From: Myxococcales bacterium
Lineage (GTDB): Bacteria; Myxococcota_A; UBA9160; UBA4427
NCBI GenBank assembly: GCA_012959665.1
Contig: DUCT01000187.1
Location: 27,598 to 74,066, forward strand
Direction of reading: 5' to 3'
Length of the DNA: 46,469 nucleotides
The stretch's first letter is position 1; the number at the start of each line of letters is the position of its first letter. The translations under genes were made by a program, and so were the position numbers. The notes under the pieces were generated by a model. The model was not told the origin of the DNA, did not search any database, and was given only the letters and a program-made list of their open reading frames with translations. Shown piece after piece: positions 29,249 to 38,220 of the stretch.

Positions 29249-30535
29249 ATGAGCGAAACCTCGCCCCTCTTCGATCTGGACCCGAGTCTTCTCGATGACA
29301 GCCTCGACTGTGTGCATTGCGGGCTCTGTCTGAGTGCTTGCCCCACGTACCGGATCACCGGGCGCGAAAACAGTTCGCCCCGGGGTCGCATCTACCTGAT
29401 CCGGGGCGCCGCCGAGGGCAAGATCGAATTGGGGGGTGTGGTCGCCGAGGAACTCGGCTTGTGTCTGGGCTGCCGAGCCTGTGAGAGCGAATGCCCTTCG
29501 GGAGTTGAGTACGGAGCCATGCTGGAAAAGGGCCGGGCGGCGATTGCCGATGCCGGTCTGCGAAAGGGTTGGGCCTATCGTCTCGAGGGCTTTGCCCTGC
29601 GCCGGATTGTGGCTTTCCCCCGAAGGCTGCACGCGGCGTTTTCCCTGCTCGGGCTTGCCCAGCGATTGGGCATGGACCGCGTCGCAGGCCTGCTTCTTCC
29701 CTTTGTCGATTACGCGCGTGGGCTTTTGCCGCGGGTTCCTCGGGCGGCGGCTCGTCGCAGGCTGCCCGCCTTTACGCCGGCTCAAGGCGAGCGCCGAGGT
29801 CGAGTGGCTCTGCTCGAGGGCTGCGTGATGGCCGAACTCTTCGGCGATGTGAATCGCGCTACGGTGCGTGTGCTCGCGCGCAACGGCTACGACGTCGTGG
29901 TGCCCGAGGGTCAGGGGTGCTGCGGTGCCCTGCATGCCCACGCCGGCGATCTCTCTACATCCCGGCGACTGGCCACGAAGAACGTCGAAGCCTTCGCGCT
30001 GCCGGGGGGTGAGCCCGTGGACGCGGTGGTGAGCAACTCGGCGGGCTGCGGCGCTGCGCTGGGGGAAACCGATCAGTGGTTGCCCGGCCGGGGGGAGGAA
30101 TTGGCGAGGCAAGCGCGGGATGTCTGCGAATGGCTCGATGAGGTGGGCTTGCGCGCGCCTTCCGGGTCCCTCGCGGCCCGGGTCTGCTACGACGATCCCT
30201 GTCATCTCGTTCACGCCCAGGGAATTTCGTCCGCGCCGCGTCGTCTTTTGAGCGCGATCCCCGGTCTCGAACTGGTGGCGCACGCCGACGCTGAGAGCTG
30301 TTGTGGCGCAGCGGGTACGTACAATCTCCTGCAACGAGAAATGTCCCAGCGGGTCCTGGAGCCCAAGCTGGACGCACTGGCCGCGGCGGACCCCGATTGG
30401 ATCGCCACTGGAAATCCCGGTTGCATGCTGCAAATCGAGGCCGGCGTTCGGGCGCGGGGTATGGCTGCCCGAGTAGTGCATCCGGTGGAGTTGCTCGACC
30501 GCGCTTACGCGGGGAGCGCCCCCGGCGAAAGCTGA
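29249..30535 (+). CDS. glcF: Glycolate oxidase Fe-S subunit GlcF
   Basis: CVHCGLCLSACPTY, SPRGRI, CLGCRACESECPSGV, CCGAL, DPCHL.HAQ, CCGAAGTYN, NPGC.LQI. Confidence 0.92.
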   Translation: MSETSPLFDLDPSLLDDSLDCVHCGLCLSACPTYRITGRENSSPRGRIYLIRGAAEGKIELGGVVAEELGLCLGCRACESECPSGVEYGAMLEKGRAAIADAGLRKGWAYRLEGFALRRIVAFPRRLHAAFSLLGLAQRLGMDRVAGLLLPFVDYARGLLPRVPRAAARRRLPAFTPAQGERRGRVALLEGCVMAELFGDVNRATVRVLARNGYDVVVPEGQGCCGALHAHAGDLSTSRRLATKNVEAFALPGGEPVDAVVSNSAGCGAALGETDQWLPGRGEELARQARDVCEWLDEVGLRAPSGSLAARVCYDDPCHLVHAQGISSAPRRLLSAIPGLELVAHADAESCCGAAGTYNLLQREMSQRVLEPKLDALAAADPDWIATGNPGCMLQIEAGVRARGMAARVVHPVELLDRAYAGSAPGES

Positions 30536-30553
30536 ATTTTAGTGCTTTGAACC

Positions 30554-30651
30554 ACGGGCTCATCGATACGGGCTCATCAATACGGGCTCATCGATATGAG
30601 CGCATTGATACGAGCTCATCGACACGAGCTCATCGACACGAGCTCACTGCA
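30554..30651. repeat. Tandem 14-bp repeat ACG(G/A)GCTCATCGA(T/C), 7 units
   Basis: Exact 14-bp period from 30554; GAGCTC and ATCGAT/TCGA palindromes; lies in the gap between convergent genes. Confidence 0.95.
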
Positions 30652-30675
30652 GGCTAACCGGTGCCCCTCGAGGCT

Positions 30676-33012
30676 TCAGCGATAGAGAAAGATATCCGGG
30701 GTTTCCTTGGGTGGGCGCCAGCGCGGGAAGGCGCCAAGATTGAAATCGTTAAAACTGCCCTGGAAGACCAAGTCGAAGGGGAGAATCGACTCGCGTCCGC
30801 GCACCAGTCCGTAGCGCTCGCGCATGCTTTGATAGACATATGTGCTCTGGGCCGTGGGGCGCTTGTCCGGGCGACCCACCAGCCCGAGCAACGCGCGCTC
30901 GAGGAACTGATCGCGATCGGCATCGGCGGCCAGGGTGTCGTCGGGATCGATGAGCTGATTGCGACGGGTGGTCTCGTCGAGCATCGCCGCGAGCTGTGCC
31001 ATCCGCTGGGAAGAGATTTTTTTGTAGAGCGCGAGGGGCGGGGCCTTTTCGTCGCCCTCTTTGTCCACCATGTCGAAGCGCAGGCTTAGGCCGCCCAGCA
31101 AGGTCACACCGGCTGGATGAAGTTCGCCATCGACGATCTCTCCATTGATGAGAATGGGATTGATCCCGAGCCCTCCGGTTCCGGCGACACGCGGATTTTC
31201 CACCAGGAAATCCCGGGTGACGGTGATCTTCTGGGGAGAGGCGGTTTCGAGTTCGCTTCGTACCCGGTAGCCGGCGAGCTTGCCCCCGTCGTTGTCCGGA
31301 TATTCGATGGAGGTGTAGCGGAGGGCCTGGATTCGCCGGTCAGGGCGCCGAATTCCCTCGGCACTTCCGAGTTGTTGGGCTGCTGCGGCCTCGGCGAGAT
31401 CCGCGCGTTTTGCGTTTTCCATGGGGGGGAGAAAGTCGGCGATTCGTAACGCGCCCACGAAGTTGCCCCTGCCCTCCTCGTAAGTCAAAAGCCATGTCAT
31501 GAGTTCCTCGGCATGCTGACCATCGGGTTGAAGACCGAGGTAGCGGTAAGCGAGAATCGCGCTGGGCTGCTGGAAGTCAGGGGATTTCTGCCAGCGCCCG
31601 AAAATCATTCGTAGGGGAGAAGTCGCCAGGGCAGCGGCGATTCCCGGCGACTCCAAGACGACGGCCAGCGGTCGGGGAAGGTTCGGATAGCGAGTTTTCG
31701 TCGCGTAGTTGCCCAGCAGTCGCCAGCGAATTTCTTCGTTGCGTTTGCGTGTCCGCATCTCCCGGTAGGCGCGATATGGGTTTTGCCAGGGGTCTTGAAG
31801 CAAGTGGATGGCGTGTCGCACCATGAAGTTTTTCGCCGGGTCTTGCCGAGCGAGGGCGGCCAGGGTCTTCCAACTGGCCTCTGCCTCGCCGCCTTCGTAC
31901 TGGGCCAGGGCAAAGATGTAGGCCGCCTCTCCGCCCACACCTCCGCTGTCACGCGACTGCAATTCCAGGGTGTCGATGAGATCGGGTGCCAGGGGCTTGG
32001 CGCCCGGCGACGTGGTCAGCAGGGCGCTGGCGAGGGTGCGGCTTTCCGGGCCGTATTGGCGCCCCGGTGCCAGGGGGGCAGCCTCCAGTGATTGTTGGAA
32101 GAGCCGCCAATGCTCCGCGATGATCGCCTTGGAGCGCGCGAGGATCTTGTCGGCCTCGGGGCTGGGCCCCCAAAAGAGCGCACGCCGGGCCTCGAGCCCG
32201 GCCGCGCGGTATCGCCCGGCCTCTGCGGCCTGCCGGGCAGCGCGGAGCCGACGGGCGCGCATGGTTTCGGCCAGCTTCTTGTCCCCACCGGCGACCTGGC
32301 CGCGGACATACTCGGAATCGGCTGCGGCGGGATTGCGGGCCAGGTATTCCTTGCGCAGGGCGAGGGCCTGGCGATCGGTGGCCGGCAGCGCTTCGTCGTT
32401 GGAAAAACTGGCAAGGTAGTGGGCGACGCTTGTGGAGATTTGAAGGGGTGCGAGTATGAAGCCGTTGAAAACCGCTTGGCCCAGAGGCTGGGAAACGGCA
32501 TTGAAGGTGCGGGCCCAATAGCGTTCCCATGTGTCGCGCCTTCGGCGCCAGGCCAGGGCGAGCAGGTCGTCGTTGACCGATTGGGTGAGGCGAGCATCCA
32601 GGGCTGGGTCGGTTCCCCAGCCCCGGGTCAGTTCCCGGCTGGCGTCGCGGTAGGCCTCGGGGTTTTCCAGGGTGGAGTGGACCAGATTGGCGGCCAAGGG
32701 GTCGAGGTCCTCGCCCTTGTGCGCATCGGAAATTGTGCCCAACTTGGCCACGGCTTCCTTCAGGGCGGGCCGGTCATCGGCCAGGGCTGCCGCGGCGGCG
32801 CGGGCGGCCACCCGGTCCGAGGGCTCGGGAAGCCAGGGAGCCGGTGCGCTGAGAGGAATCAGGAGTGCACCGCCCGGCGGCGGCGGCCGACTGGCGCAGG
32901 CTCCCCCAGTCAAGGCCAAGGCCAGGGCCAATGGAAGGGCAACGGCCGGGCCGACCATCCTCGGCGAGGCTCGGGGCCCCTGACGCTTTTTATCGGCTGA
33001 AGCGATCACCAT
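30676..33012 (-). CDS. Large hypothetical lipoprotein (about 780 aa), helical
   Basis: Long ORF filling the space between glcF and the next gene; basic N-region, hydrophobic stretch and lipobox-like GGAC; start uncertain (33060, 33012 or 32958). Confidence 0.7.
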   Translation of the reverse strand: MVIASADKKRQGPRASPRMVGPAVALPLALALALTGGACASRPPPPGGALLIPLSAPAPWLPEPSDRVAARAAAAALADDRPALKEAVAKLGTISDAHKGEDLDPLAANLVHSTLENPEAYRDASRELTRGWGTDPALDARLTQSVNDDLLALAWRRRRDTWERYWARTFNAVSQPLGQAVFNGFILAPLQISTSVAHYLASFSNDEALPATDRQALALRKEYLARNPAAADSEYVRGQVAGGDKKLAETMRARRLRAARQAAEAGRYRAAGLEARRALFWGPSPEADKILARSKAIIAEHWRLFQQSLEAAPLAPGRQYGPESRTLASALLTTSPGAKPLAPDLIDTLELQSRDSGGVGGEAAYIFALAQYEGGEAEASWKTLAALARQDPAKNFMVRHAIHLLQDPWQNPYRAYREMRTRKRNEEIRWRLLGNYATKTRYPNLPRPLAVVLESPGIAAALATSPLRMIFGRWQKSPDFQQPSAILAYRYLGLQPDGQHAEELMTWLLTYEEGRGNFVGALRIADFLPPMENAKRADLAEAAAAQQLGSAEGIRRPDRRIQALRYTSIEYPDNDGGKLAGYRVRSELETASPQKITVTRDFLVENPRVAGTGGLGINPILINGEIVDGELHPAGVTLLGGLSLRFDMVDKEGDEKAPPLALYKKISSQRMAQLAAMLDETTRRNQLIDPDDTLAADADRDQFLERALLGLVGRPDKRPTAQSTYVYQSMRERYGLVRGRESILPFDLVFQGSFNDFNLGAFPRWRPPKETPDIFLYR

Positions 33013-33955
33013 CCACCCGGAGTGTAAAGGCCAAAAGGGCTTCGAGCCGACGGGCGTCATGAGAGGCGACGGATTCGTAGAGTTGCGCGGCGGGGTCGAT
33101 TAGATCCTGGAATTCCGCGGGATCGAATTCGAGGCTTTCGGGCGGGCTCGCGTCGACGTACTCCCGGGCCATTGCGTCGTAGAGGTTCGCCAGGGAGATC
33201 ATGTGGCCCAGGCGGTTTTTGCTGGCCGCGTGACGCGAAACCACCCGTTGAAGCTCGGCGACCGCCATGAGAGCGCCATCGGGGATAATGTGGCGGCGGT
33301 TGACGAAGTAGGCGGCGCGTACTTCATCGGCGCGTTCGATCTCTTCGGCAATGACCGCCTGCATGTAGTTGCCCCCGAGTTCATCGTAGAGGAAAGACAG
33401 CAGCGCCACGCGCTCCGCGAGTTCAGCGACCACCGCCTGGGGGTCTTCGAGCTCCCGGTCCGGGGAGACGGGCGGCGGGTCCAGGGGGTTTTCCAGGTGA
33501 GGACCCACGGTTAGGGCGGCGGTGATCTGCTCGCACACCGAGGCGCTGGCCTCGGCGGGTGCGCGTAATTCACCCTCGGGCCGTGCGGCTCGCAAGTAGT
33601 GGAGGGTGGCCAGGTCGTAGGCCCGCAAGCGCTCAAGGGCGCGGGCCTTGGCAAAATCCATGACCGGATCCATGTAGCCGCTGCGCAGGGGGTCGGCTTG
33701 GATTCGTTCGATGTTTTCCAGTCGGAGCAGGCTTGAGCGGTAGACGTTGCGCCCGGTGAAGTCGGTGGCGGGCGGAAATCGATATGTGTCGTCGGGCACG
33801 TGGCGGCGCAAGACCGCGACGACTTCGATGATGCTCTCGGTAGGCCCGTAAGTGGCTTCGAGCTTCTTGGTCTTGAGACTCGTGCACGAGGTGCTGACCA
33901 TGAGCAGGGCGCAGAGCCCGAGGCGGAGGCCAACCGCGCCTCGGGTCCAAGTCAT
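32990..33955 (-). CDS. Hypothetical lipoprotein (321 aa), TPR-like helices
   Basis: Signal peptide ending STSC; FAKARALERLRAYDLATLHY resembles a TPR; starts 3 bp after the cimA stop. Confidence 0.72.
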   Translation of the reverse strand: MTWTRGAVGLRLGLCALLMVSTSCTSLKTKKLEATYGPTESIIEVVAVLRRHVPDDTYRFPPATDFTGRNVYRSSLLRLENIERIQADPLRSGYMDPVMDFAKARALERLRAYDLATLHYLRAARPEGELRAPAEASASVCEQITAALTVGPHLENPLDPPPVSPDRELEDPQAVVAELAERVALLSFLYDELGGNYMQAVIAEEIERADEVRAAYFVNRRHIIPDGALMAVAELQRVVSRHAASKNRLGHMISLANLYDAMAREYVDASPPESLEFDPAEFQDLIDPAAQLYESVASHDARRLEALLAFTLRVDGDRFSR

Positions 33956-33958
33956 TTT

Positions 33959-35581
33959 TCAGCGCGCCGATTTTCGCGGTTTTCGGGTGGCTCGGCGATC
34001 TTTTCCGGTTCGAGCGGGCTTTCGCTTGGGGGCGATCAGGTTCAACATCTTTTCCGTGGCGATCACCGCCGCGGCCATCTGATCCGAGTCGACGCCGAGG
34101 GTTGTAAAAGTCTCGCCCGGGCCGCGTCCGCTCTTGACCGCGGTTCGTTGCCAGGTCACTTGGGTTTCCACCAGGGCGCCGGTCCGTCCACCGGGCGGAA
34201 TACGAACCTTGAAGTCCGCGAGCTTGGGGATGTCGAGTTCAAAAGCGCGCGCGGCTTTCTTGAGCGCATTCATGAGGGCGTCGTAACCGCCATCGCCCGA
34301 AGCCTCGGCTTTCTCCACGTTGCCCTCGTACGCCAGGGTGACTTCGGCCACGGGCGTCTCGCCCTCAGCGACGACCACTCGGTAGTGTTGAACGCGCAGC
34401 ATCTGTTCATCCGGAGACTTGAGCACGTCGGCAATGATGTAGGGGAGATCCTCCGGGGAGACGACGTGCTTCTTGTCTCCGAGTTCGATGATTCGCTTCA
34501 GCACCAGTTCGCGGTGGGCGGTGGGAAGCTCGATGCCCAGCCGCTGAAGATTGTGATCCAGGGATGCCTTGCCCGAGAGTTTGCCCAGGGCATACCGTCG
34601 GGCTCGTCCAAAGCGGCCGTGTTCGAGGCGGGTGTGGTAGAGGTCGCCCTTGGCATCGCCGTCGGCGTGGATTCCTGCGGTCTGGGTGAAAACGTCACGG
34701 CCGGTGATCGGCGTATTCGCGGCGATCTCCTTGCCGCTGAAGGTCTCCACCATGCGCGAGAGAGTGGTCAGTCGACCTTCGTTGATATCCGTGCGCAAGC
34801 TCGTGTGATCGTGAAGGGCGGTGACTACCTCGGTGAGGGACGAGTTGCCCGCGCGTTCTCCCATGGCGTTGACGCTGGTGTGGACGCCCCGGGCTCCGGC
34901 CTCCACAGCGGCCAGGCAGTTGGCCGTGGCGAGGCCGTAGTCGTTGTGGCCGTGGAATTCGAAATCGACCTGGGGCCAGGTTCGTGTCATCAGCCCGACG
35001 TAGCGAGTGGTGTCGCTGGGCGAGAAAATGCCCAGGGTGTCGGGCAGGTAGATGCGCGTCACCCGGAGCTCGCGCAGATGCTGCACGAAGGCGAACACGT
35101 AGTCGAAGGAATCGCGCACCCCGCTCGACCAATCCTCGAGATACACGTTGACCGTCAGGCGTTTGCGCCGGGCATAGCGGACAGTTTCTTCGACTCGGGC
35201 ACGATGCTGCTCGGGGCTGAGCCGGAGTTGCTCCCGGCAGTGTTTCTCGGATCCCTTGGCCAGGAGGTTCAGGACTTTGCCCCCCACATCGGCGATCCAG
35301 TCCACCGAGGTCTTGCCGTCGCAGAAGCCCAGGATTTCCACGCGCTGGATCACCCGGGCCTTGCGGGCCCACGCGGCGATGGACCGAGCCGCTTCGCGCT
35401 CGCCTTCGGATACTCGGGTCGAGGCGATTTCGATGCGATCGACCTCGGCTTCAAGCAGGAGCATCCGCGCGAGTTGGAGCTTCTCCGCCGGCGTGTACGA
35501 AACGTCGGGGGTCTGTTCTCCATCGCGCAGGGTGGTGTCCATTACGGCGATGTGCGGGGAAAGGTTTGCCTCTTTAGCCAT
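33959..35581 (-). CDS. cimA: Citramalate synthase (LeuA/CimA family, Leptospira-type)
   Basis: MDTTLRDGEQT, NLLAKGS..HC, YLEDWS.G, PDTLG, FHGHNDYGLA, GERAGN, GIHADG, ALGKLSG, C-terminal allosteric domain; substrate assignment is inferred. Confidence 0.8.
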   Translation of the reverse strand: MAKEANLSPHIAVMDTTLRDGEQTPDVSYTPAEKLQLARMLLLEAEVDRIEIASTRVSEGEREAARSIAAWARKARVIQRVEILGFCDGKTSVDWIADVGGKVLNLLAKGSEKHCREQLRLSPEQHRARVEETVRYARRKRLTVNVYLEDWSSGVRDSFDYVFAFVQHLRELRVTRIYLPDTLGIFSPSDTTRYVGLMTRTWPQVDFEFHGHNDYGLATANCLAAVEAGARGVHTSVNAMGERAGNSSLTEVVTALHDHTSLRTDINEGRLTTLSRMVETFSGKEIAANTPITGRDVFTQTAGIHADGDAKGDLYHTRLEHGRFGRARRYALGKLSGKASLDHNLQRLGIELPTAHRELVLKRIIELGDKKHVVSPEDLPYIIADVLKSPDEQMLRVQHYRVVVAEGETPVAEVTLAYEGNVEKAEASGDGGYDALMNALKKAARAFELDIPKLADFKVRIPPGGRTGALVETQVTWQRTAVKSGRGPGETFTTLGVDSDQMAAAVIATEKMLNLIAPKRKPARTGKDRRATRKPRKSAR

Positions 35582-35818
35582 GGTTTCTTCTACCGTGCTT
35601 GTGGGTATTCGAGTTGTTAGTTAAAGGGGGAACCCGGGTATTGTCCGGCCACGAAGTCACCCGGTGAGCCGGACTTCCCAAGGCCCCTGGCTCCAGAGGC
35701 CAACGTCCGGGGCGGGCTGCGGGCGCTGGGAGGGTAACCGAGGGGCGGATCTCCTGTCGAGATGGCCCCGCTACACTGGAGGCCCCCCGGCGCGGCCGGC
35801 CCGGGCCTTGGAGAAACC

Positions 35819-36805
35819 GTGAACGAAGCCAGTCCAGAGCCCCGCCCCAATTCGCCAAGCGCCCGAATTATTTCGCTTTCTCCAGCGAATACGGGGGTTC
35901 GTCTGGACCTTTTTCTGGCGGCGGAACTCGACCTGTCCCGGGGCCAAGCGCGCCGGTTGCTCGAGCGGGGGGCGGTCTCCCTGGGCCAGCGCTTGCTCAC
36001 GCCCGGAGACAAGGGCATGGTGCTTCCGGTAAGGGGTGAGCTCAGTGTGGAGGCCTTCGTGGCGCCGGCGGACCAGCGGGCCCCGCAACCCGAGGCGAGT
36101 GAGACCCCCCCGACCCAATTGGCCGAAGGGGCGGGCTGGCTGGCCATGGACAAACCTCCAGGGATGCCCGTCCACCCGCTTCGACCGGACGAGACCGGAA
36201 CCCTGCTGGGTCATGTGGCGGTGCTTCGTCCCGAGGTTCACGGGGTGGGCGAGGGGGGTCTACGCAGCGGCGTGGTCCACCGTCTGGATGTGGATACGTC
36301 GGGTGTGGTTCTGGTAGCCACCGATCCCGAGCAGTGGGCCCGGATTCGCGGAGCCTTTCACGAGCATCGGGTGGCCAAACGTTACCGTGCCATTGTCGAG
36401 GGCAAGGTCGATTGGCCGGCGGAGGGGCTCGAGCTTCGGCTTCCGCTTCGGGTGGCGCGTCATAAGCCGGCGCTCGTCCGGGTGGCGAACCCCGAGGAAT
36501 CCGCCCGGGGTCGTTCCCGTGAAATCCAGCAGACCATGCGATGTATCGAGACCCTGCCCGGGGCGACCCTAGTGGAAATCGAACCGAAGACGGGTTTTCT
36601 ACACCAGATCAGAGCCAGCCTGGCCCACCTGGGGCACCCGGTGCTCGGCGATGAGCGCTACGGCGCCACCGCGGGTCGGGCCGGGGCCACCCGCCATATG
36701 CTGCACGCCGCCGAGGTCCGTTTCGAAGAGGTCACCGGGGCGGCGCCGGACCCGGAGGATTTCTGCGCGGTGCTCGCGCGGCTCCGCGGGGCAGAGGCGG
36801 ACTGA
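35819..36805 (+). CDS. Second RluA-family pseudouridine synthase with S4-like domain
   Basis: RLDLFLA...SRGQARRL, DKPPGMPVHP, GVVHRLDVDTSG, TGFLHQIR, GDERYG, LHA; GGAGA Shine-Dalgarno before GTG 35819. Confidence 0.88.
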   Translation: MNEASPEPRPNSPSARIISLSPANTGVRLDLFLAAELDLSRGQARRLLERGAVSLGQRLLTPGDKGMVLPVRGELSVEAFVAPADQRAPQPEASETPPTQLAEGAGWLAMDKPPGMPVHPLRPDETGTLLGHVAVLRPEVHGVGEGGLRSGVVHRLDVDTSGVVLVATDPEQWARIRGAFHEHRVAKRYRAIVEGKVDWPAEGLELRLPLRVARHKPALVRVANPEESARGRSREIQQTMRCIETLPGATLVEIEPKTGFLHQIRASLAHLGHPVLGDERYGATAGRAGATRHMLHAAEVRFEEVTGAAPDPEDFCAVLARLRGAEAD

Positions 36806-36856
36806 GGGCGCGCCCCTTTGTTCCGTCCAGGCCGGTCGGGGTGTTTCTCCCCGGGG

Positions 36857-37525
36857 CTAGTGAACCCGCAGCAGGGACAAACCGTCGGAGATCGGAAGCA
36901 TCACCGTATCGAAGCGTTCCTCCTGACTCGCCCATTCGTTGAAGGCCCGGATCGCCTGGGTGTTTTCGCTCTGATCCTCCAGATCAAGGACCGCACCGCT
37001 CCAGAGCACGTTGTCCACCAGGATCAGGCCGCCCGGGCGGACCAGACCCAACAGGGCCTCGCAGTAGTTGCGGTAATTGGTTTTGTCGGCGTCCACAAAG
37101 GCGAGATCGAAAGGCGCGGTCTTCCGACGGGCGAGATCGGCCAGGGTATCCAGGGCGGGGGCGATCCGCAGGTCGATCCGGGCGGCGACCCCGGCGCTCT
37201 CCCAAAAAGGCAGGCCCACCCGGGTCCACTCCTCACTGCGGTCGCAACAGATGAGTTCGCCGTTCTCTCCCAGACCCCGGGCCAGACAAAGCGCCGAGTA
37301 GCCGGTAAACGTGCCGATCTCGATGGCTCGGCGGGCGCCGGTGACCTGGGCCAGAAGGGTCATCAATGCACCCTGTTCCGGCGCAATCTGCATGACAGAA
37401 ATGCCTCCGAGTTCCCGGGTGGCCTCGATCAAGCCCTGGGCAATCGCGTCGGGTCGCGTGCCGTGATCCAGCAGGTAGTCGTGAATCTCCGGGGAGAGGG
37501 TGAAGGATTTGGGACGTTTGGCCAT
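36857..37525 (-). CDS. Class I SAM-dependent O-methyltransferase (caffeoyl-CoA OMT-like)
   Basis: MQIAPEQG, IEIGTFTGYSAL, FDLAFVDADKTNY, DNVLWSG, ISDGL. Confidence 0.92.
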   Translation of the reverse strand: MAKRPKSFTLSPEIHDYLLDHGTRPDAIAQGLIEATRELGGISVMQIAPEQGALMTLLAQVTGARRAIEIGTFTGYSALCLARGLGENGELICCDRSEEWTRVGLPFWESAGVAARIDLRIAPALDTLADLARRKTAPFDLAFVDADKTNYRNYCEALLGLVRPGGLILVDNVLWSGAVLDLEDQSENTQAIRAFNEWASQEERFDTVMLPISDGLSLLRVH

Positions 37526-37534
37526 GGGATTCCA

Positions 37535-37650
37535 GTGGGGTGAGGTGACGTGGGGCGGAGCGGGGTGAGGTGAGGGGGGTTGGGGGGCGGGTTGGGGAGG
37601 AGCGGGTTGGGGAGGGGCCGGGAAGGGCGAGTGGGTGTCGGGCGGGGCTG
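37535..37650. repeat. G-rich low-complexity tract with 5-bp and 15-bp periodicity
   Basis: GTGGG/GTGAG-type pentamers; gcgggttggggagg(a/g) repeated at 37587 and 37602; many runs of 3 or more G. Confidence 0.7.
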
Positions 37651-37854
37651 AATGGCCTTGCGGCTTTGGATGGGTGCGGCGTCCAGTCTACAGAAGGAAG
37701 CCCGTGGTCGAAAATCTGCGGAGCCAATTTGGCTGCCCGGTTGTCGGGGCGGTCGCCGTCGGTCTAGGATGGATTCGGGCTGGGGACGCCCGGGGGTTCC
37801 GTGGGTACCGGCGGACGAGTGATTCGAGGGATCGCAGAAAAGGGGGAGAGCGGA

Positions 37855-38178
37855 GTGGCCGACCAGGAGCGCTTCGAAGTGCGCGTGAGTCCGATTCACG
37901 GCCGAGGGGTATTCGCCCAGCGCCGCCTGCGGGCGGGCGCCCATATCGCGACCTTCGAGGGCCGTCCCACTCGGCGTGACGGTATCCACGTTCTCTGGGT
38001 TCTCGACGACCACGAGCGTGAGATCGGGATCGAAGGGCGCAATGGGCTGCGCTTTCTCAACCACTCCCAGCATCCCAATGCCGAGTTTTCCGGGCTGGAA
38101 CTCTACGCGACCCGCAATATCCAACCGGGTCACGAACTGACCATTCACTATGGGGAAGCCTGGGAAGACGTGGATTGA
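37855..38178 (+). CDS. SET-domain protein (putative protein-lysine methyltransferase)
   Basis: SPIHGRGVFA, RFLNHSQHPNA (NHS motif), ATRNIQPGHELTIHY; start trimmed to the GTG at 37855 behind a GGGGGAG Shine-Dalgarno. Confidence 0.88.
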   Translation: MADQERFEVRVSPIHGRGVFAQRRLRAGAHIATFEGRPTRRDGIHVLWVLDDHEREIGIEGRNGLRFLNHSQHPNAEFSGLELYATRNIQPGHELTIHYGEAWEDVD

Positions 38179-38220
38179 AGCAGGTTTCGTCCGGGGCAAC
38201 CGAATCCGGGGCGAGCCGGA

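Noticed and set aside
38176-38220. Selenocysteine read-through of the SET gene UGA to supply a post-SET motif
   Set aside because: The downstream frame has no cysteine motif and runs into the convergent gene; no convincing SECIS
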